Notes: generated by a model from the letters alone, not told the origin. A stretch of DNA of 64,000 bases from Trichinella spiralis (GCF_000181795.1 NW_003526946.1:171557-235556), one strand, 5' to 3'. Counted from the stretch's first letter, positions 13,303 through 27,358 are shown. Numbers and translations are program-made.

Positions 13303-14937
13303 CTGCACAAATGTCGATTTCAAAAATACTAATATTAACTGCATTGTACATTCCCATTTTTGTTTTTTTACAGTTTATTTTGCCAATATCATGATTACTG
13401 CGTGTTTATAACTTCTTTTCCAAATTTTAATTCATTCTGTAAAATGTATGAATTAACTGTAATGGACAGACCAACTATTATGATTATAATGCTTTAATAT
13501 AATTTCAAAATAAAAAATATTATAATTGTTGTTACATCAGACTTCATTGCATCTGAACGAGTGAAAACAGGACTATTTTTTATTAGATGAAGAATAAATA
13601 AATATGTGAATTACAGAAGCGTTTTCGTACACCAACATACACGCACCACAATATTTTCCAGTATCAATTAATTCCACTTATGCACAACGTATATTGCATT
13701 TCACTCTCGTTGTTTTTTGTGGCTCCCGCCATTATAATTTTACTAAATAAAGTATGTCATACTTTTTCACAAATGCTTTTCACCTGTTGTCCTCATTCAG
13801 TTGATGTAGTCTGATTAACTGAGGATTTTCCATCATCTTATCATAACAATTTTCCGTAACATACACAGCAGGGTAATCTGATTTCGTCCGCTCCCATTTT
13901 TCCCACTCCCCCCCCCCTCTTCGTTGTCCACTCATATCTTGTATGGTATTTGAGCGGTAATTGGCGACTGGCTTATGTTATTTTATCAGTTATTCAGTTT
14001 TGATCAGTAATTCCACCTCAGAAATTAATTAATAAGTAATGCAAAGTAATAATATTGCATGCAAATCCTTCAATAATGCAAAAATAGATGGGCATAAATA
14101 ATTAAATGCTGATGGATAAAAGAAATATTAATATTTTTGTTTAACAATAAGCAATCTTTAAATCAGAATATATAACTGCTGTGCATTTATATGCGCAGTA
14201 GATTCCAATTAACACAAATTCAAATAACGCGAACATTCGATTAAGACGGCCAGCGTTCACTGAATGAAAATTCAAATATCTAATGGCATTAGGCTGAGTT
14301 TTATTAATGCAAACATCAAGCGCGAACCGTAAACTGAATAGTTAGAATAAGTGTAAACATAAAAAAATGTTTATTGAAATGCAAAAGTGAAAGTGTTTGC
14401 TAAATAATCGCATAAATGTCGTTTCGTTACGACTGTTACTTTTCAATCACGCCTAACAAGCAATTATTTGCTTTGCATTTGAAAAAATATGTTGACACAA
14501 AGATATTTATTATACATAAGTTCAAAGATTTCAAAAAAAGAAAAACTGTAGAAAATATCATCCATATATTTTGAAGTCAATAATTTTATTATTATGGAAT
14601 TTGTATTAGGATACTTTTAATTAAAATTTATGTAAACACGGCTATGCCAACATCGGTAGGGATTGCGCAGTTGCAAATCATGCAATTGCAAATGTGACTA
14701 AATAGGTAAACAGGAAGCACAGAACAAATTGCTAAACTTATTATGCCTAATTTAAATAAACATTTTATGCTTCAGGTAATTGCCGTAGCACTGTGATTAA
14801 TATAAAGTAAATAAATAGCAGTTAACATTATCAAGCATAAACATGAAGACATGTTGCTACATATAAATGAGCAACTCAAATAAAAGCAAACATAACAAAA
14901 AAGAAAATTACGATAATATTCAAATTTTATTAAACCA

Positions 14938-15499
14938 ATGTTCATATCAATAATTGTTATTTTGATTTCGGTGAAAACTTGTATTGCACAGGTTGCAACA
15001 TGCAAGGATAATACTAACGTCGATGTAGATTGGTACGCTGATTAAAAACATCGCATAAAATACATTTTTTAGTGAAAACGTCAAGTGTAAAGCAACGCTT
15101 AAATTATAAACTTTTACGCATATGACATCCAGTTGATTAATTAAAAATTTGAGTTATTTGCATTATTTAGAGAAATATAAAATTATAGAAAAAGTGCTAT
15201 CCATATTCATCAAATTTTGAATTAAAATTTTTCGCCATCGCAATGCTTGTCTGCTATAGAATAGTTACATTTTAGGTATTTTGTATATAAGCCTCCAAAT
15301 GTGTTAAGCTCCAAACTTTTGAAATCAGCAGGAAATCCAGCTTGGGCTGCTTCTAGAGCAAACATTGATCGAAACGCAGACCATTCAATAATTGCAACGA
15401 TGGCAAGTTTTGTAGAGCACCATGCACAGATTAATGTTCTTGCATATAGTGACGATCCACCAAACTTGCCTCCTAGAAATGAAAAAAGCAAAACCAAAG
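14938..15499 (+). pseudogene. Secreted DNase II family gene (plancitoxin/p43-like); only exons 1-2 are present (14938-15032, 15276-15499)
   Basis: MFISIIVILISVKTCIAQVATCKDNTNVDVDW|YFVYKPP...LAYSDDPPNLPPRNEKSKTKG contains a signal peptide and the DNase II motifs CKD..VDW, VYK.P, Y.D.PP and (H)TKG. No downstream exons are visible; a Pao gag relic follows. Confidence 0.8.
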
Positions 15500-15594
15500 G
15501 TCACTGTGATTTTAGATTTCATAAACAACTAAAAAGATAAATTAAATTTATGCACTGCTCACTTTTCCAATAATCACCAGTCTAGGGTTTCCGT

Positions 15595-15830
15595 TTAAGA
15601 GCTCAGAGTGATGACGTATCCATCTATCGTTCTCAGTCTTTCACCTTCCAATAAGGATCTCAGGTATGTGAATTTGGTCACATCCGCAATTTCGGTGTTG
15701 TTATGTATTCCTGCAGTGAACTGCTCCCAGAATGACAGGAACTCCAGCAACGTTTCACTAAATTTCGGATGTTCCACGTAGTACATGTAAAACTCGGGTT
15801 TGATTTCTTCATTCTTCCACCATGTCATGT
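15595..15830 (-). mobile_element. BEL/Pao retrotransposon gag fragment (DUF1759-like)
   Basis: PKFSETLLEFLSFWEQFTAGIHNNTEIADVTKFTYLRSLLEGE matches the Pao gag pattern P.F.G....W..F...IH.N..L....KF.YL.S.L.G. Confidence 0.85.
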
Positions 15831-16246
15831 GCTTCCTAGCAACGTTCTAAAAGTTTAGACATCAAATGTAAAGCCATCGTGATATCTACCCATGATCTAG
15901 CTTCACATATCGATGTGTCAGGGTCTGGCACAGACGAACCATGCCGATGCACCGACGTTACAACGCCTCAAGATCTATATTCGCTGCGGTCGGGATTCTA
16001 ATATCTAGTTATAAGCAAATGTACAAGTTTTGACAAAAAATTGAATTCTGCCTCCGACGGAATCATTTTCATCAATAATAGACCTATGACAAGTCTACCT
16101 AATTAAACTTAATTGATATCGCTCAAGGTCAAAATAAATAGAGAAGCTGTCTCTCGAGCATGATAATCAAACAAACTAACACAATGGATCTCTTTATTCT
16201 TTAAAAGCACAGATACAATACAATACAATACTTAAACACGCTCATC

Positions 16247-16409
16247 CAGGGGCGTTGATATGTTTCAATAATCATGGGGGGTGGATATAGTATCCAGAAG
16301 ATTTATTTGAGATCCAAGGGATGAACATATTGATAGTTTCATAAAAATTTTTCCCAATGGAGGGAGGGCGGCCGCCGAAGCCGCCCCCCCCCCCTTATCA
16401 ACGCTACTG
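16247..16409. mobile_element. 163-bp MITE, hAT-like
   Basis: TIRs CAGGGGCGTTGATA / TATCAACGCTACTG match at 12 of 14 positions. The flanking 8-bp direct repeats are CGCTCATC / CGTTCATC, and the subterminal runs are G/C-rich. Confidence 0.7.
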
Positions 16410-17415
16410 CGTTCATCTAATAATAGCAATCTCGTTCTCCTCTAATGCCCGCCAACAACAAAAACAACCGTCAACCTTTTTGTGATAATCAAGTTTTAAT
16501 TAGTTCCAACTGTCGGTGCCAGAGCGTGATTCCTATCAAATTAGCATGCTGTTTTGTTTAGAAATATATTTAAAATTAATGCACCGAGTTTATTATTGCT
16601 AAAACCAATTAATTCATTTCCAGCTAAGTTTAAGCATTTTATTTATGCAAAAGAAGCGCGTGATATGTGAGTAAGTTTTGTGGATTATTATTATTTTGAA
16701 TTTCAAGCCGCATACATTTCAAAAGATCAAAAGTCTATCATTTTAATTATAATATTTTAACATCAACTATAAAGTTAGCAACAATTAAATGATAACCAAT
16801 TAATTATAACATTATATTGAGAAAGTACTTGATTATCTCAATGTAGGCTTTGGAATTACTATTTATCTACAGTCTACTGTCATTGTTTGATTGTCTTTAT
16901 TTCGGATAAATTTTATGTAAGAATTTGAAATTGTTAAAAATTTAAGTGATGGGAAATATTTCTATTCATGATGTTGAAAATGCTATTCACGGTATGTTTG
17001 TGATGATTGTCATATAAATTGCAAATGACTAATTTTAAGATGTTATCTTGGATTTCTAATCCAAATACGCTAACCACAAGAAGAAGTTCGAATCAGCTTG
17101 AAACGTAGTTTGGACGAAATTTGCATGACAGTGAGCTACGGGATTAGGTTATAAAATTAAAATATTGTTTTGCANNNNNNNNNNCGCTGCGGTCGGGATT
17201 CTAATATCTAGTTATAAGCAAATGTACAAGTTTTGACAAAAAATTGAATTCTGCCTTCGACGGAATCATTTTCATCAATAATAGACCTATGACAAGTCTA
17301 CCTAATTAAACTTAATTGATATCGCTCAAGGTCAAAATAAATAGAGAAGCTGTCTCTCGAGCATGATAATCAAACAAACTAACACAATGGATCTCTTTAT
17401 TCTTTAAAAGCACAG

Positions 17416-17479
17416 ATACAATACAATACAATACAATACAATACAATACAATACAATACAATACAATACAATACAATAC
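17416..17479. repeat. (ATACA)n microsatellite, about 13 units; about 4 units in the other copy at 16213
   Basis: Seen directly in the sequence. Confidence 0.95.
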
Positions 17480-18173
17480 TTAAACACGCTCATCCAGGGG
17501 CGTTGATACGTTTCAATAATCATGGGGGGGGGGGTGGATATAGTATCCAGAAGATTTATTTGAGATCCAAGGGATGAACATATTGATAGTTTCATAAAAA
17601 TTTATCCGAAAGGACGGCGGGCGGNNNNNNNNNNCGTTCATCTAATAATAGCAATCTCGTTCTACTCTAATGCCCGCCAACAACAAAAACAACCGTCAAC
17701 CTTTTTGTGATAATCAAGTTTTAATTAGTTCCAACTGTCAGTGCCAGAGCGTGATTCCTATCAAATTAGCATGCTGTTTTGTTTAGAAATATATTTAAAA
17801 TTAATGCACCGAGTTTATTATTGCCAAAACCAATTAATTCATTTTCAGCTAAGTTTAAGCATTTTATTTATGCAAAAGAAGCGCGTGATATGTGAGTAAG
17901 TTTTGTGGATTATTATTATTTTGAATTTCAAGCCGCATACATTTCAAAAGATCAAAAGTCTATCATTTTAATTATAATATTTTAACATCAACTATAAAGT
18001 TAGCAACTATTAAATGATAACCAATTAATTATAACATTATATTGAGAAAGTACTTGATTGTCTCAATGTAGGCTTTGGAATTACTATTTATCTACAGTCT
18101 ACTGTCATTGTTTGATTGTCTTTATTTCGGATAAATTTTATGTAAGAATTTGAAATTGTTAAAAATTTAAGTG

Positions 18174-21100
18174 ATGGGAAATATTTCTATTCATGATATT
18201 GAAAATGCTATTCACGGTATGTTTGTGATGATTGTCATATAAATTGCAAATGACTAATTTAAGATGTTATCTTGGATTCAAATCCAAATACGCTAACCAC
18301 AAGAGAAGTTCGAATCCAGCTTGAAAAGCAGTTTGACGAAAATTTGCATGACAAGTGAGCTACGGAAGTAAAGTATAAAAATAAAAATATGTTTTGCATT
18401 AGGCGAGTAATCATTGACGAAATAACCATGAGAATGTTGGTGAAAAAGTTAAAACCGATTGAAGAATTGGATTTAATAAATGAACAAAAAGGAATTGGAT
18501 CGAAAATTGCGTCAACTTCAGAATCAAGCGACTCATCGGATGATGAATCTTCTGTTGTCCAGTGTTTCAACGAAGATGATTATAGTGATGACTCTTCAGA
18601 CATAAGTATCTTTGATATCTTTTCTGAGGTAAACAGAAATAATGTACATAAGTCAGTTTCCTATAGATTTTTTAAAAATTAGTAGCATGGGATTTCCATT
18701 TCTTTTAAAATCTGAAAGCGCAATACTCATTTAATTGCATAATATATGTTGAATGAATGAAAATATTTATAACTTTTTACGCATTAGAACGTTTTCACTT
18801 AATGCAGTTTCATTGTTGCAATACTAATATTTTATATGAAAAGACATTTTTGTTATGACAATATATTAACATGATTACTCACATATATTATGTGTAAGGT
18901 AAACAAAATTAGGGTTCAGAAGTAGGTAAAGAGAAATAGCTAAACGTTTAATTACATTTCTTAATAAATTTTAGTATTTTTAATTTTTGAAAATGGTTTT
19001 TATTTGGTAATGAATGACAACTTTGTTTTGATGCGAATTTATAGTTATGAGAGTTTATAGTCTTCATGGTTCTTAGAGACTTTGTAAATAAATGATTCAG
19101 TTATTTTTGTTGGATGGTATTGAATTACGTACAGAATAAATTTATGAAGTAATAAAGTTTTAGAAAAACGCTAAATATCCATTTGCTTTGCATTCAAAAT
19201 GTTGATGTTGGTTACTGTAGAACACGTTACCGTATACACATTTCAGGAACAAATTGAAATACTTTAGTGGAAAAATATTTTAAATTCTGAATTATATTTG
19301 ACGTAATAGAAATATTAAAATGACATCTTTTTAATTAGTGCTCGTAAAATGCCACATGTGAAATAATAGGAAATTTATTAATGGTGAACTTTTTGTTGTC
19401 ACTAAGAAGGAAAATGCGTTGCATTTTATTTAATATGCTTTGAAGGTGATATGACTTGATTTTTGTATTTTATGTAATTAATACCTTATAACAGCATTTA
19501 TGAGAAAATTTTCAGTTTTGTTAAAATCATTTTGAATAACTATACACAGTTGTTGAACTGAGTTGTTCTGGTAGGATGAAAAAGAGGGAAATGATGCGGT
19601 GCCTTCATCATCGAACTCAAATCTGTCTCCCCCGGAACAGAAAAATTCTGAATTGGAAGATGAAATGTTGGCACGAAGGCTTCATTTGGAAGAACTCGGC
19701 TGTCGTCAGAGAAGCACAAAGTATTACAGTCATATTAAACGATGTTTAGTTCGATCCAGAGACCAAGCACTTTCATCGGCGAAAGAAAAGAAAAGTAAAT
19801 TTATTATTATTATAATAAAGTTATGAGAACTTTGCATCTTAAAATGTATTTTCAGCTCCAACCACCATTGCTTCAGAAAGCTTTTTATCACCTGCACTCA
19901 CAAATTTACTGGGGGCCCAGAAGGTAAATTTTTGAATTTACACTAGTTACTTTAGCTTTAGTTTGGCTTTAGTTGCTTACACTTTTAATTTTGCAGGATT
20001 TTCTAAGTGAAATAAATTTGATCTGAAAGAGTTTACACTGACAGATGTGCAGATGTGAATATATATATTTTTTAGTGATATATTCTTTTTCAAGTGTGTT
20101 TTTTATTTTCATTTATTTACAACTTATTTTTAAATGAATAGAATTTTACGATTTTAAGAAATAGAGTAAGTTGGATTGAATTTAACATTTAAAAAATACT
20201 TGGTACGTCATTTATTTTAAATACTTTTTTATGACATAAGCACTTGATTTGTTCTCTAAAGTGTAAATTTAAGCTTCTCAGTTTAGTTAATGCAAAACGG
20301 AAGTCACTAAAAATGACGATGTGTTATAAATTTTCTAATTTTTAAGCTTTAACATTCTTCACGCAGATGCAGGTTATGCACGCAGTTGAAACTTTAGTAT
20401 TAATTGTACCAAAAGAGGTTGTTATAAAATGTTTTAGCATTTTTGCAGTTTGAACTTTTATAATCATTTTTGAAAAATTAAAACGGTTTATTTATAATAA
20501 ACGTGACATTACATGAGATAATAATTTTGTTTGAAGTATGAAATTTAATTTCATTCGTAATAAATACTGGTAACTATTAAATAATTATAATTGCTGATAA
20601 CTAGACCCCGGATTTTGCCATAAATGCCTTTTTCTGCTTTTTTTGATGATTTTTCCATGATATTGCCTTTTTATGTCATTTTTGATAATTTTTCCATGAC
20701 ATAGCTTTTTTTATAATTCAATGCAAAATTGAACTTTGCCCAGTGTTATGTATCACGAAGAAATCTACTAGAGAACGAGTTCCAGAAACAAGTTAGATCA
20801 GATTATGTAGTATACAGTTCAGAAAGGGAGGAAGTTTAGTTAGTCTCTGTGTGTATGTTGTGAGAATTGCGTGTGTATTTTATATTTCCTGAATAAAGAT
20901 ATATTGCACGTTGGTGAGAACACAATACCCAGGCTAGAGTTGTGATGGAAAAAAACTGTTTGGGGTGGGTTGCCGCCATGCTACTGTCGCTAGGTGGCGC
21001 TGGCGGTAGCTGCTATTGTTTTCTTTCTGAAAAAACCTAAACAGGGGGTTCCCACGATTTCTGTTTGTTACAAAGAGTAAATAAAAAGCTAAAATCACTA

Positions 21101-22545
21101 AAAAATATGTAAATAAAAAGCGATGGACTGAGCTAACGTTGCCATCCATCAGTCATTCAAAATTTCTACTTCTTGAGAAACGTAGCGAAACACTAGTGGA
21201 TTAGTTGCAAGTTTTCGACAAAGTAATGGATGATGATATTCAAAAAATTCCAGGCAAAGTAGGTGAAGATATGTACAAAGAAAATGCGATAAACTGATTT
21301 CAGCTAACAAAGATCTTAGAGAAATACAAAGCATAGCAGAAGTCTTCAAAGGAAAATCCAATGCACAACTTATTGGTATGAATATTGATTGAGTCTGCGG
21401 TTTGCTTCAAATATGCACCAGTGACCTTAGCTGAGGTAGAATGAAGTTTTTTGCAGTTAAAGTATATTTTTTCGGACAGACGACATAGCTTAACACCAGT
21501 TAACTTGAATGAAATGCTTGTAATTATGTGCAACTAGACATGACAACCCATTTAATACAATATATGTACCATTTCCACCATATTTAGGCAATACAAATAT
21601 TTGCCTTTTTTTAAAATAAATGCCCTTTTTTTGCTTTTTTTGTAATTTTATTTTGCCTTTTTGCCTGCCTATTTCAGAGATTTTAGTGCCTAAAAATCCG
21701 GGTTCTACTGATAACATTCATTTATCATTTCAGTTTATTTAAAAAATCAGCATTAGTATGTGGGTAGTATTATATTTGTTGCTTTGTCACTACATATGAC
21801 CATGTAAATTGGTTCATTAATTAGCTGTAAATTAAATTTATTGTACAGTAAAATGTTTTTCTGGTACTCTAGAATTTGAAATTTTTTCAGATGCGTCGTT
21901 CAGAACTAGTGCGGAGAATGTGGGAGATTATTAAAGAGAGGAATTTATTGGTAAGTGTGTTTTCTTATAGGAAAACTTTGAATCTATGAATTTTCAGGAT
22001 CCAACAAATCGTGCATTTGTCATATGTGACACTCAATTTGAAGATATTTTCAGTAAGCTTAACTGGTTGTTGCAAATAACAAAGATGATTCTTTTTAAAA
22101 TTAATTAAAAGAAGTTGTAAACAATTAATATTAGTTTAGTAGCATATAAATATTTCGTAGTAAAACGTACCTGTTCAATAATAAATGTTTTTGTGATAAA
22201 TATCTGAAAAATCTGATAGCTGTAAATAATGTTTGTGGGATGTAATTTTTAGAAACGATTTATTGGTAATATAGATTCATCAAATCATTAAATGTCATTT
22301 ATTAGATTAGTAAAATTAAGTTGTGTAAATATTATTGATACTTGTTGCAGTAAAAATGTGTTTATAAATTTCCTACTTTTTTAAAAACTCATATTTAAAT
22401 TTTGCCCTCGATTTAAAATTGTAATGCCTGAAATTTCTTTGGCGTTTAATGCGTCAGTATTTTAGAATGCAAGCGGTTTAAAGCTTTTACAATGATGAAA
22501 TATTTGAAATTCCACGTTAGTGATGTTTCACCATTTGAAAATTGA
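18174..22545 (+). CDS. DEK-C plus SWIB/MDM2 domain protein (UAF30/spp27-like), 8 exons
   Basis: Exons: 18174-18216, 18264-18354, 18403-18628, about 19575-19794, 19856-19923, 21891-21950, 21998-22052, 22466-22545. DEK-C-like segment: DVILDSNPNTLTTREVRIQLEKQFDENL. SWIB segment: LSPALTNLLGAQK|MRRSELVRRMWEIIKERNLL|DPTNRAFVICDTQFEDIF|KCKRFKAFTMMKYLKFHV. Confidence 0.9.
20602..21707 (+). mobile_element. Internally deleted hAT DNA transposon in intron 5 of the SWIB gene
   Basis: Perfect 8-bp TSD CTGATAAC at 20594-20601 and 21708-21715. TIRs TAGACCCCGGATTTT / AAAATCCGGGTTCTA match at 14 of 15 positions. A transposase C-terminal remnant FKYAPVTLAEVE*SFLQLKYIFSDRRHSLTPVNLNEMLVIMCN lies at about 21405-21537. 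Confidence 0.92.
20744..20927 (+). mobile_element. Putative 184-bp solo LTR nested in the hAT element
   Basis: 5-bp direct repeat CCCAG on both sides. Termini are TGTTATG...CACAATA, a degenerate TG..CA inverted end. AATAAA lies near the 3' end. Confidence 0.65.
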
Positions 22546-24689
22546 TGCTTTGGTAACTGGAAAATTATTTTTGAAAAATATTGAAGATGGCATGTTTTAT
22601 TTCATATCATGTCATCTTTTGTTATACAGATCTTAATTTCTTTTATCATCATTTTGATTTCCATTTTTATAATTCTCAGCATGCAGTTTATGTCGCATAT
22701 TGGAAATAGAAATGAAAATTTGGAATGAATCCACTGAACAGTCTCTGCAGAATAAAATGTCTTATGGCGTTGGAAAGAATGGTTTAATGCAGTTTTTAAT
22801 GAATTTCTTAATTATGATCGCAGTAAATTACTGTTTGAATATTATTGCATTATATTCCGTTAAGGTATATTGAATATGCTTTGTATACGTATATTAATAT
22901 TTTTATTTCCTATTAATTTCAAAGTTTTGCCATTTTCATCTACGAATATCATTTGTTCTGATATTTTTCAGTTGTGACACTACAGTGATATTATTGCACA
23001 TGTACAGTATATGACACTATTCTTGAAAATTAAAAAAATGCTAAGCTTTACACTTTTCAAAATAAATATATTTCTTAATTGCTTGGTTACTCAGAGAACC
23101 TTTGGTGATAAAGCACATGCTGTCAATGTCTTCCAGTCTTCATCGGGAATGAATAATAAATGATAAGCATGAAAGTAACTTCTTCATGCACGGAAATCAT
23201 TGATTGATGATTTCATATGTTCAATATTATATTCTATAATAAAACGTACATTTAATTCCAGTATGAGTGTTTATTAATTTTGATGTTGAATTCTCAAAAT
23301 CTTCGTAAGATTTTTGTTGTCCAAACATTATAAAAACATTAAATGGAAACTGCGAAGTTCTAATTTACATGCTGCATTTAATTCCACGCACTAAAAGAGG
23401 ACTTCCTAATTCGTATATAAGTGCCATTTTTTCGCAAAGAATGTTGCAGATTTTTAAATAAATAACACACGAAGTACAAATGACACTACTTATATATATT
23501 ATTTACAAAATGAAAATTACGGAAGCTTCAATTAATTGATGCAATAAATTAGTGATTTACATTTCAACTTGTGATTTCTAGTAATCATTTATCCACACAG
23601 TACAAAATAATTAGTGAAAAAATATTTCCCACAGCCAACAATTTCAGCAACCTTTATATTAAAAATTTTTTATTATAATAAAAAAACAAGTTCAGTCAAT
23701 CAGCATCAGTACAATTTATGAAATAACAACAAAAATAAAAAATTAAAATACATATGTCACAAAAAGCCAGTAATTACAAAAATTAATTGTCACTAAAAAT
23801 TAGTGATTAAAAAAGAAAAAAATAAAAATCAAGTTACCAAAAATACCATAAACATTGAAAAAACTAGTACTAAAGTTTCCTTCAATATTCATGCCATTTA
23901 CTCCACCTAAGTGGATACCGGATTCCTTATTTCCAGAATCTGCGACATTTACTATTATTATTATTTTTCTTATCTGCCTGTCGATCAGTTCAAATTCTTC
24001 AAAGATTTACACTTTCAACTGATAATTTCAGTAGAAAAAATAAAAAAACGAATCCAACGACAAATTTATTAATAGAAAATACCAAACAATAGACAAACAC
24101 CAAATTTATGCTTATTTCTCCTTGGTTTCGGTTGGCAAGATTCTTATCGGTGATGTAATATCTGTTTTATTAAATTTTATTGCTATTCAATTTGGAATAT
24201 AACTAAAGAACTTCAATTTGTCAAATTTGATTTGAGTCGATTTCAAAGTAACATCACATTCTCAACGCATTAGCAGTTTCACATTTGTCACTGCTTCTTC
24301 CCTTTTGCGGTTGATCCAATCGGATTTCGTTGCCCTTGCATGAAGCGTCAGTTATGGTAAGGTGACACCTTCTATGACAGAACACCGTCATAGATAACGC
24401 CAAAGTCCTGCATGTTATCATTCAGAGAGCTAAAATACCTAAATTATGTTTGCTTGTTGCAATAGTAAGCAGTCAGTAAATGTTTTGACAAAATACTTTC
24501 TTTAATGACAAACTACAATATAATGCGATACAATATATTGATCATTTAAAGCAGTGCTGCATGTAATTTTTGATCTGATTTTGTGCCGCCCGCCAGTGGA
24601 TCTGATTTCACACGTGAAAAAAATGAAACAATTCGCATCAAATGCATATGCTGCAACAAATCATGCTTATTTGTTCAGAATCTTAGCTG

Positions 24690-25411
24690 AACAATCGCCT
24701 TCCCCTTCCAAGCATTCCTGAAATATTTTATCATGAGATTTTATAAATAAAATTAGCAGCTGCTCCTGATCAACATTGTGAATGGGCACTGCCATAAATG
24801 GTAGAACAAGATCTTGAAAATACTATTAATCAAGATAGAGAAATCAAATTTTCATTCAAACAAGAAAATAATAAGCAATAAAGTACAATTTCTGGTGAAT
24901 ACAATGCAGCTTGCAGTTTCCATTTCAGCGGCAGTCGAAAAACTTTGAAATCAAACCACACCACTATAACACACACAATCTGCGCAATTTAGCCATGCAA
25001 GTCCTCACTGCTTAGTGCATTGAAAACTGTTCAAATAAACCGAAATAAAGAAACAATATTATCATTTTGAACTATAAATCTCACAGATAATACATTATTA
25101 TTACTATTATTACAGAAAGAGAAAAATAACTTTTTCAAACAGAAATCAATTTTTAGAAAATATATGAAAAAAGGAAAAGGAAGAAACAGTGCATTTCTTT
25201 TTTTAATTTCCAAACTGAACTACAACCGCTTAATCAATTCATTACAGTAAGCCTTCGACAAAACCGTAGTAATTCAACGTTTCACGCCACATTTGAATCT
25301 AATTGGCCAAATCGAACCGCACTGTTCTATAGTAATCTACAACAACTCAAACAAACCAGGCAGTTGTGCCGTCCAAATAAAAAACAACGTCCAAAATGCG
25401 AAATTTCGCAT
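24690..25411 (-). pseudogene. Decayed partial copy of the XLF-like gene (exon 1, end of exon 2, exon 3)
   Basis: Homologous to 34232-34508 and 34930-35370. Exon 1 is frameshifted, the exon 2 acceptor is deleted and the exon 3 donor is mutated. Confidence 0.75.
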
Positions 25412-26642
25412 TCATTCGCCTTTATTACTATTCTTTTTCTTCTCTACTTGCGGAACAATTCAAATTCTTCAAAGATTCACATTTTCACTGATAATTTGAG
25501 TACAAAAACCAGTAAAAAAAGTATCACTCAAATTTATATACAATACAAACACTAGAAAACCCTAGTCTGCTTATTTTCTTTTTTGGTTTNNNNNNNNNNC
25601 CTTTATATTTAAAATTTTTTTATTATAATAAAAAAACAAGTTCAGTCAATCAGCATCAGTACAATTTATGAAATAACAACAAAAAATAAAAAATTAAAAT
25701 ACATATGTCACAAAAAGCCAGTAATTACAAAAATTAATTGTCACTAAAAATTAGTGATTAAAAAAGAAAAAAATAAAAATCAAGTTACCAAAAATACCAT
25801 AAACATTGAAAAAACTAGTACTAAAAGTTTCCTTCAATATTCATGCCATTTACTCCACCTAAGTGGATACCGGATTCCTTATTTCCAGAATCTGCGACGT
25901 TTACTATTATTATTACTTTTCTTATCTGCCTGTCGATCAGTTCAAATTCTTCAAAGATTTACACTTTCAACTGATAATTTCAGTAGAAAAAATAAAAAAA
26001 AACGAATCCAACGCCAAATTTATTAATAGAAAATACCAAACAATAGACAAACACCAAATTTATGCTTATTTCTCCTTGGTTTCGGTTGGCAAGATTCTTA
26101 TCGGTGATGTAATATCTGTTTTATTAAATTTTATTGCTATTCAATTTGGAATATAACTAAAGGACTTCAATTTGTCAAATTTGATTTGAGTCGATTTCAA
26201 AGTAACATCACATTCTCAACGCATTAGCAGTTTCACATTTGTCACTGCTTCTTCCCTTTTGCGGTTGATCCAATCGGATTTCGTTGCCCTTGCATGAAGC
26301 GTCAGTTATGGTAAGGTGACACCTTCTATGACAGAACACCGTCATAGATAACGCCAAAGTCCTGCATGTTATCATTCAGAGAGCTAAAATACCTAAATTA
26401 TGTTTGCTTGTTGCAATAGTAAGCAGTCAGTAAATGTTTTGACAAAATACTTTCTTTAATGACAAACTACAATATAATGCGATACAATATATTGATCATT
26501 TAAAGCAGTGCTGCATGTAATTTTTGATCTGATTTTGTGCCGCCCGCCAGTGGATCTGATTTCACACGTGAAAAAAATGAAACAATTCGCATCAAATGCA
26601 TATGCTGCAACGAATCATGCTTATTTGTTCAGAATCTTAGCT

Positions 26643-27358
26643 GAACAATCGCCTTCCCCTTCCAAGCATTCCTGAAATATTTTATCATGAGATTTTATAA
26701 ATAAAATTAGCAGCTGCTCCTGATCAACATTGTGAATGGGCACTGCCATAAATGGTAGAACAAGATCTTGAAAATACTATTCATCAAGATAGAGAAATCA
26801 AATTTTCATTCAAACAAGAAAATAATAAGCAATAAAGTACAATTTCTGGTGAATACAATGCAGTTTCCATTTCAGCGGCAGTCGAAAAACTTTGAAATCA
26901 AACCACACCACTATAACACACACAATCTGCGCAATTTAGCCATGCAAGTCCTCACTGCTTAGTGCATTGAAAACTGTTCAAATAAACCGAAATAAAGAAA
27001 CAATATTATCATTTTGAACTATAAATCTCACAGATAATACATTATTATTACTATTATTACAGAAAGAGAAAAATAACTTTTTCAAACAGAAATCAGTTTT
27101 TGGAAAATATATGAGAAAAGGAAAAGGAAGAAACAGTGCATTTCTTTTTTTAATTTCCAAACTGAACTACAACCGCTTAATCAATTCATTACAGTAAGCC
27201 TTCGACAAAACCGTAGTAATTCAACGTTTCACGCCACATTTGAATCTAATTGGCCAAATCGAACCGCACTGTTCTATAGTAATCTACAACAACTCAAACA
27301 AACCAGGCAGTTGTGCCGTCCAAATAAAAAACAACGTCCAAAATGCGAAATTTCGCAT
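26643..27358 (-). pseudogene. Second decayed partial copy of the XLF-like gene; may be allelic to 24690-25411
   Basis: Same lesions as 24690-25411, plus a 7-bp deletion in the exon 2 remnant. Confidence 0.75.

Larger units (their letters stand above)
15982..18398. repeat. Near-identical duplication of about 1.2 kb (15982-17174 vs 17185-18398) around N gaps; probable uncollapsed haplotype or overlap
   Basis: The same sequence restarts immediately after the gap. Differences are SNPs, indels near the contig end and the (ATACA)n length. Confidence 0.85.

Noticed and set aside
10139..13310. Long Ser/Phe-rich minus-strand ORFs (up to 410 aa)
   Set aside because: Antisense shadows of the Lys/Glu-rich plus-strand gene.
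13870..13975. Possible MITE end (gtccgctcccattttcccc-like, similar to about 51095-51125)
   Set aside because: The termini and TSD are too degenerate to define an element.
16949..17174. Second, frameshifted copy of SWIB gene exons 1-2
   Set aside because: It lies at the low-quality end of the gap-flanking duplicate and is probably not a real paralog.
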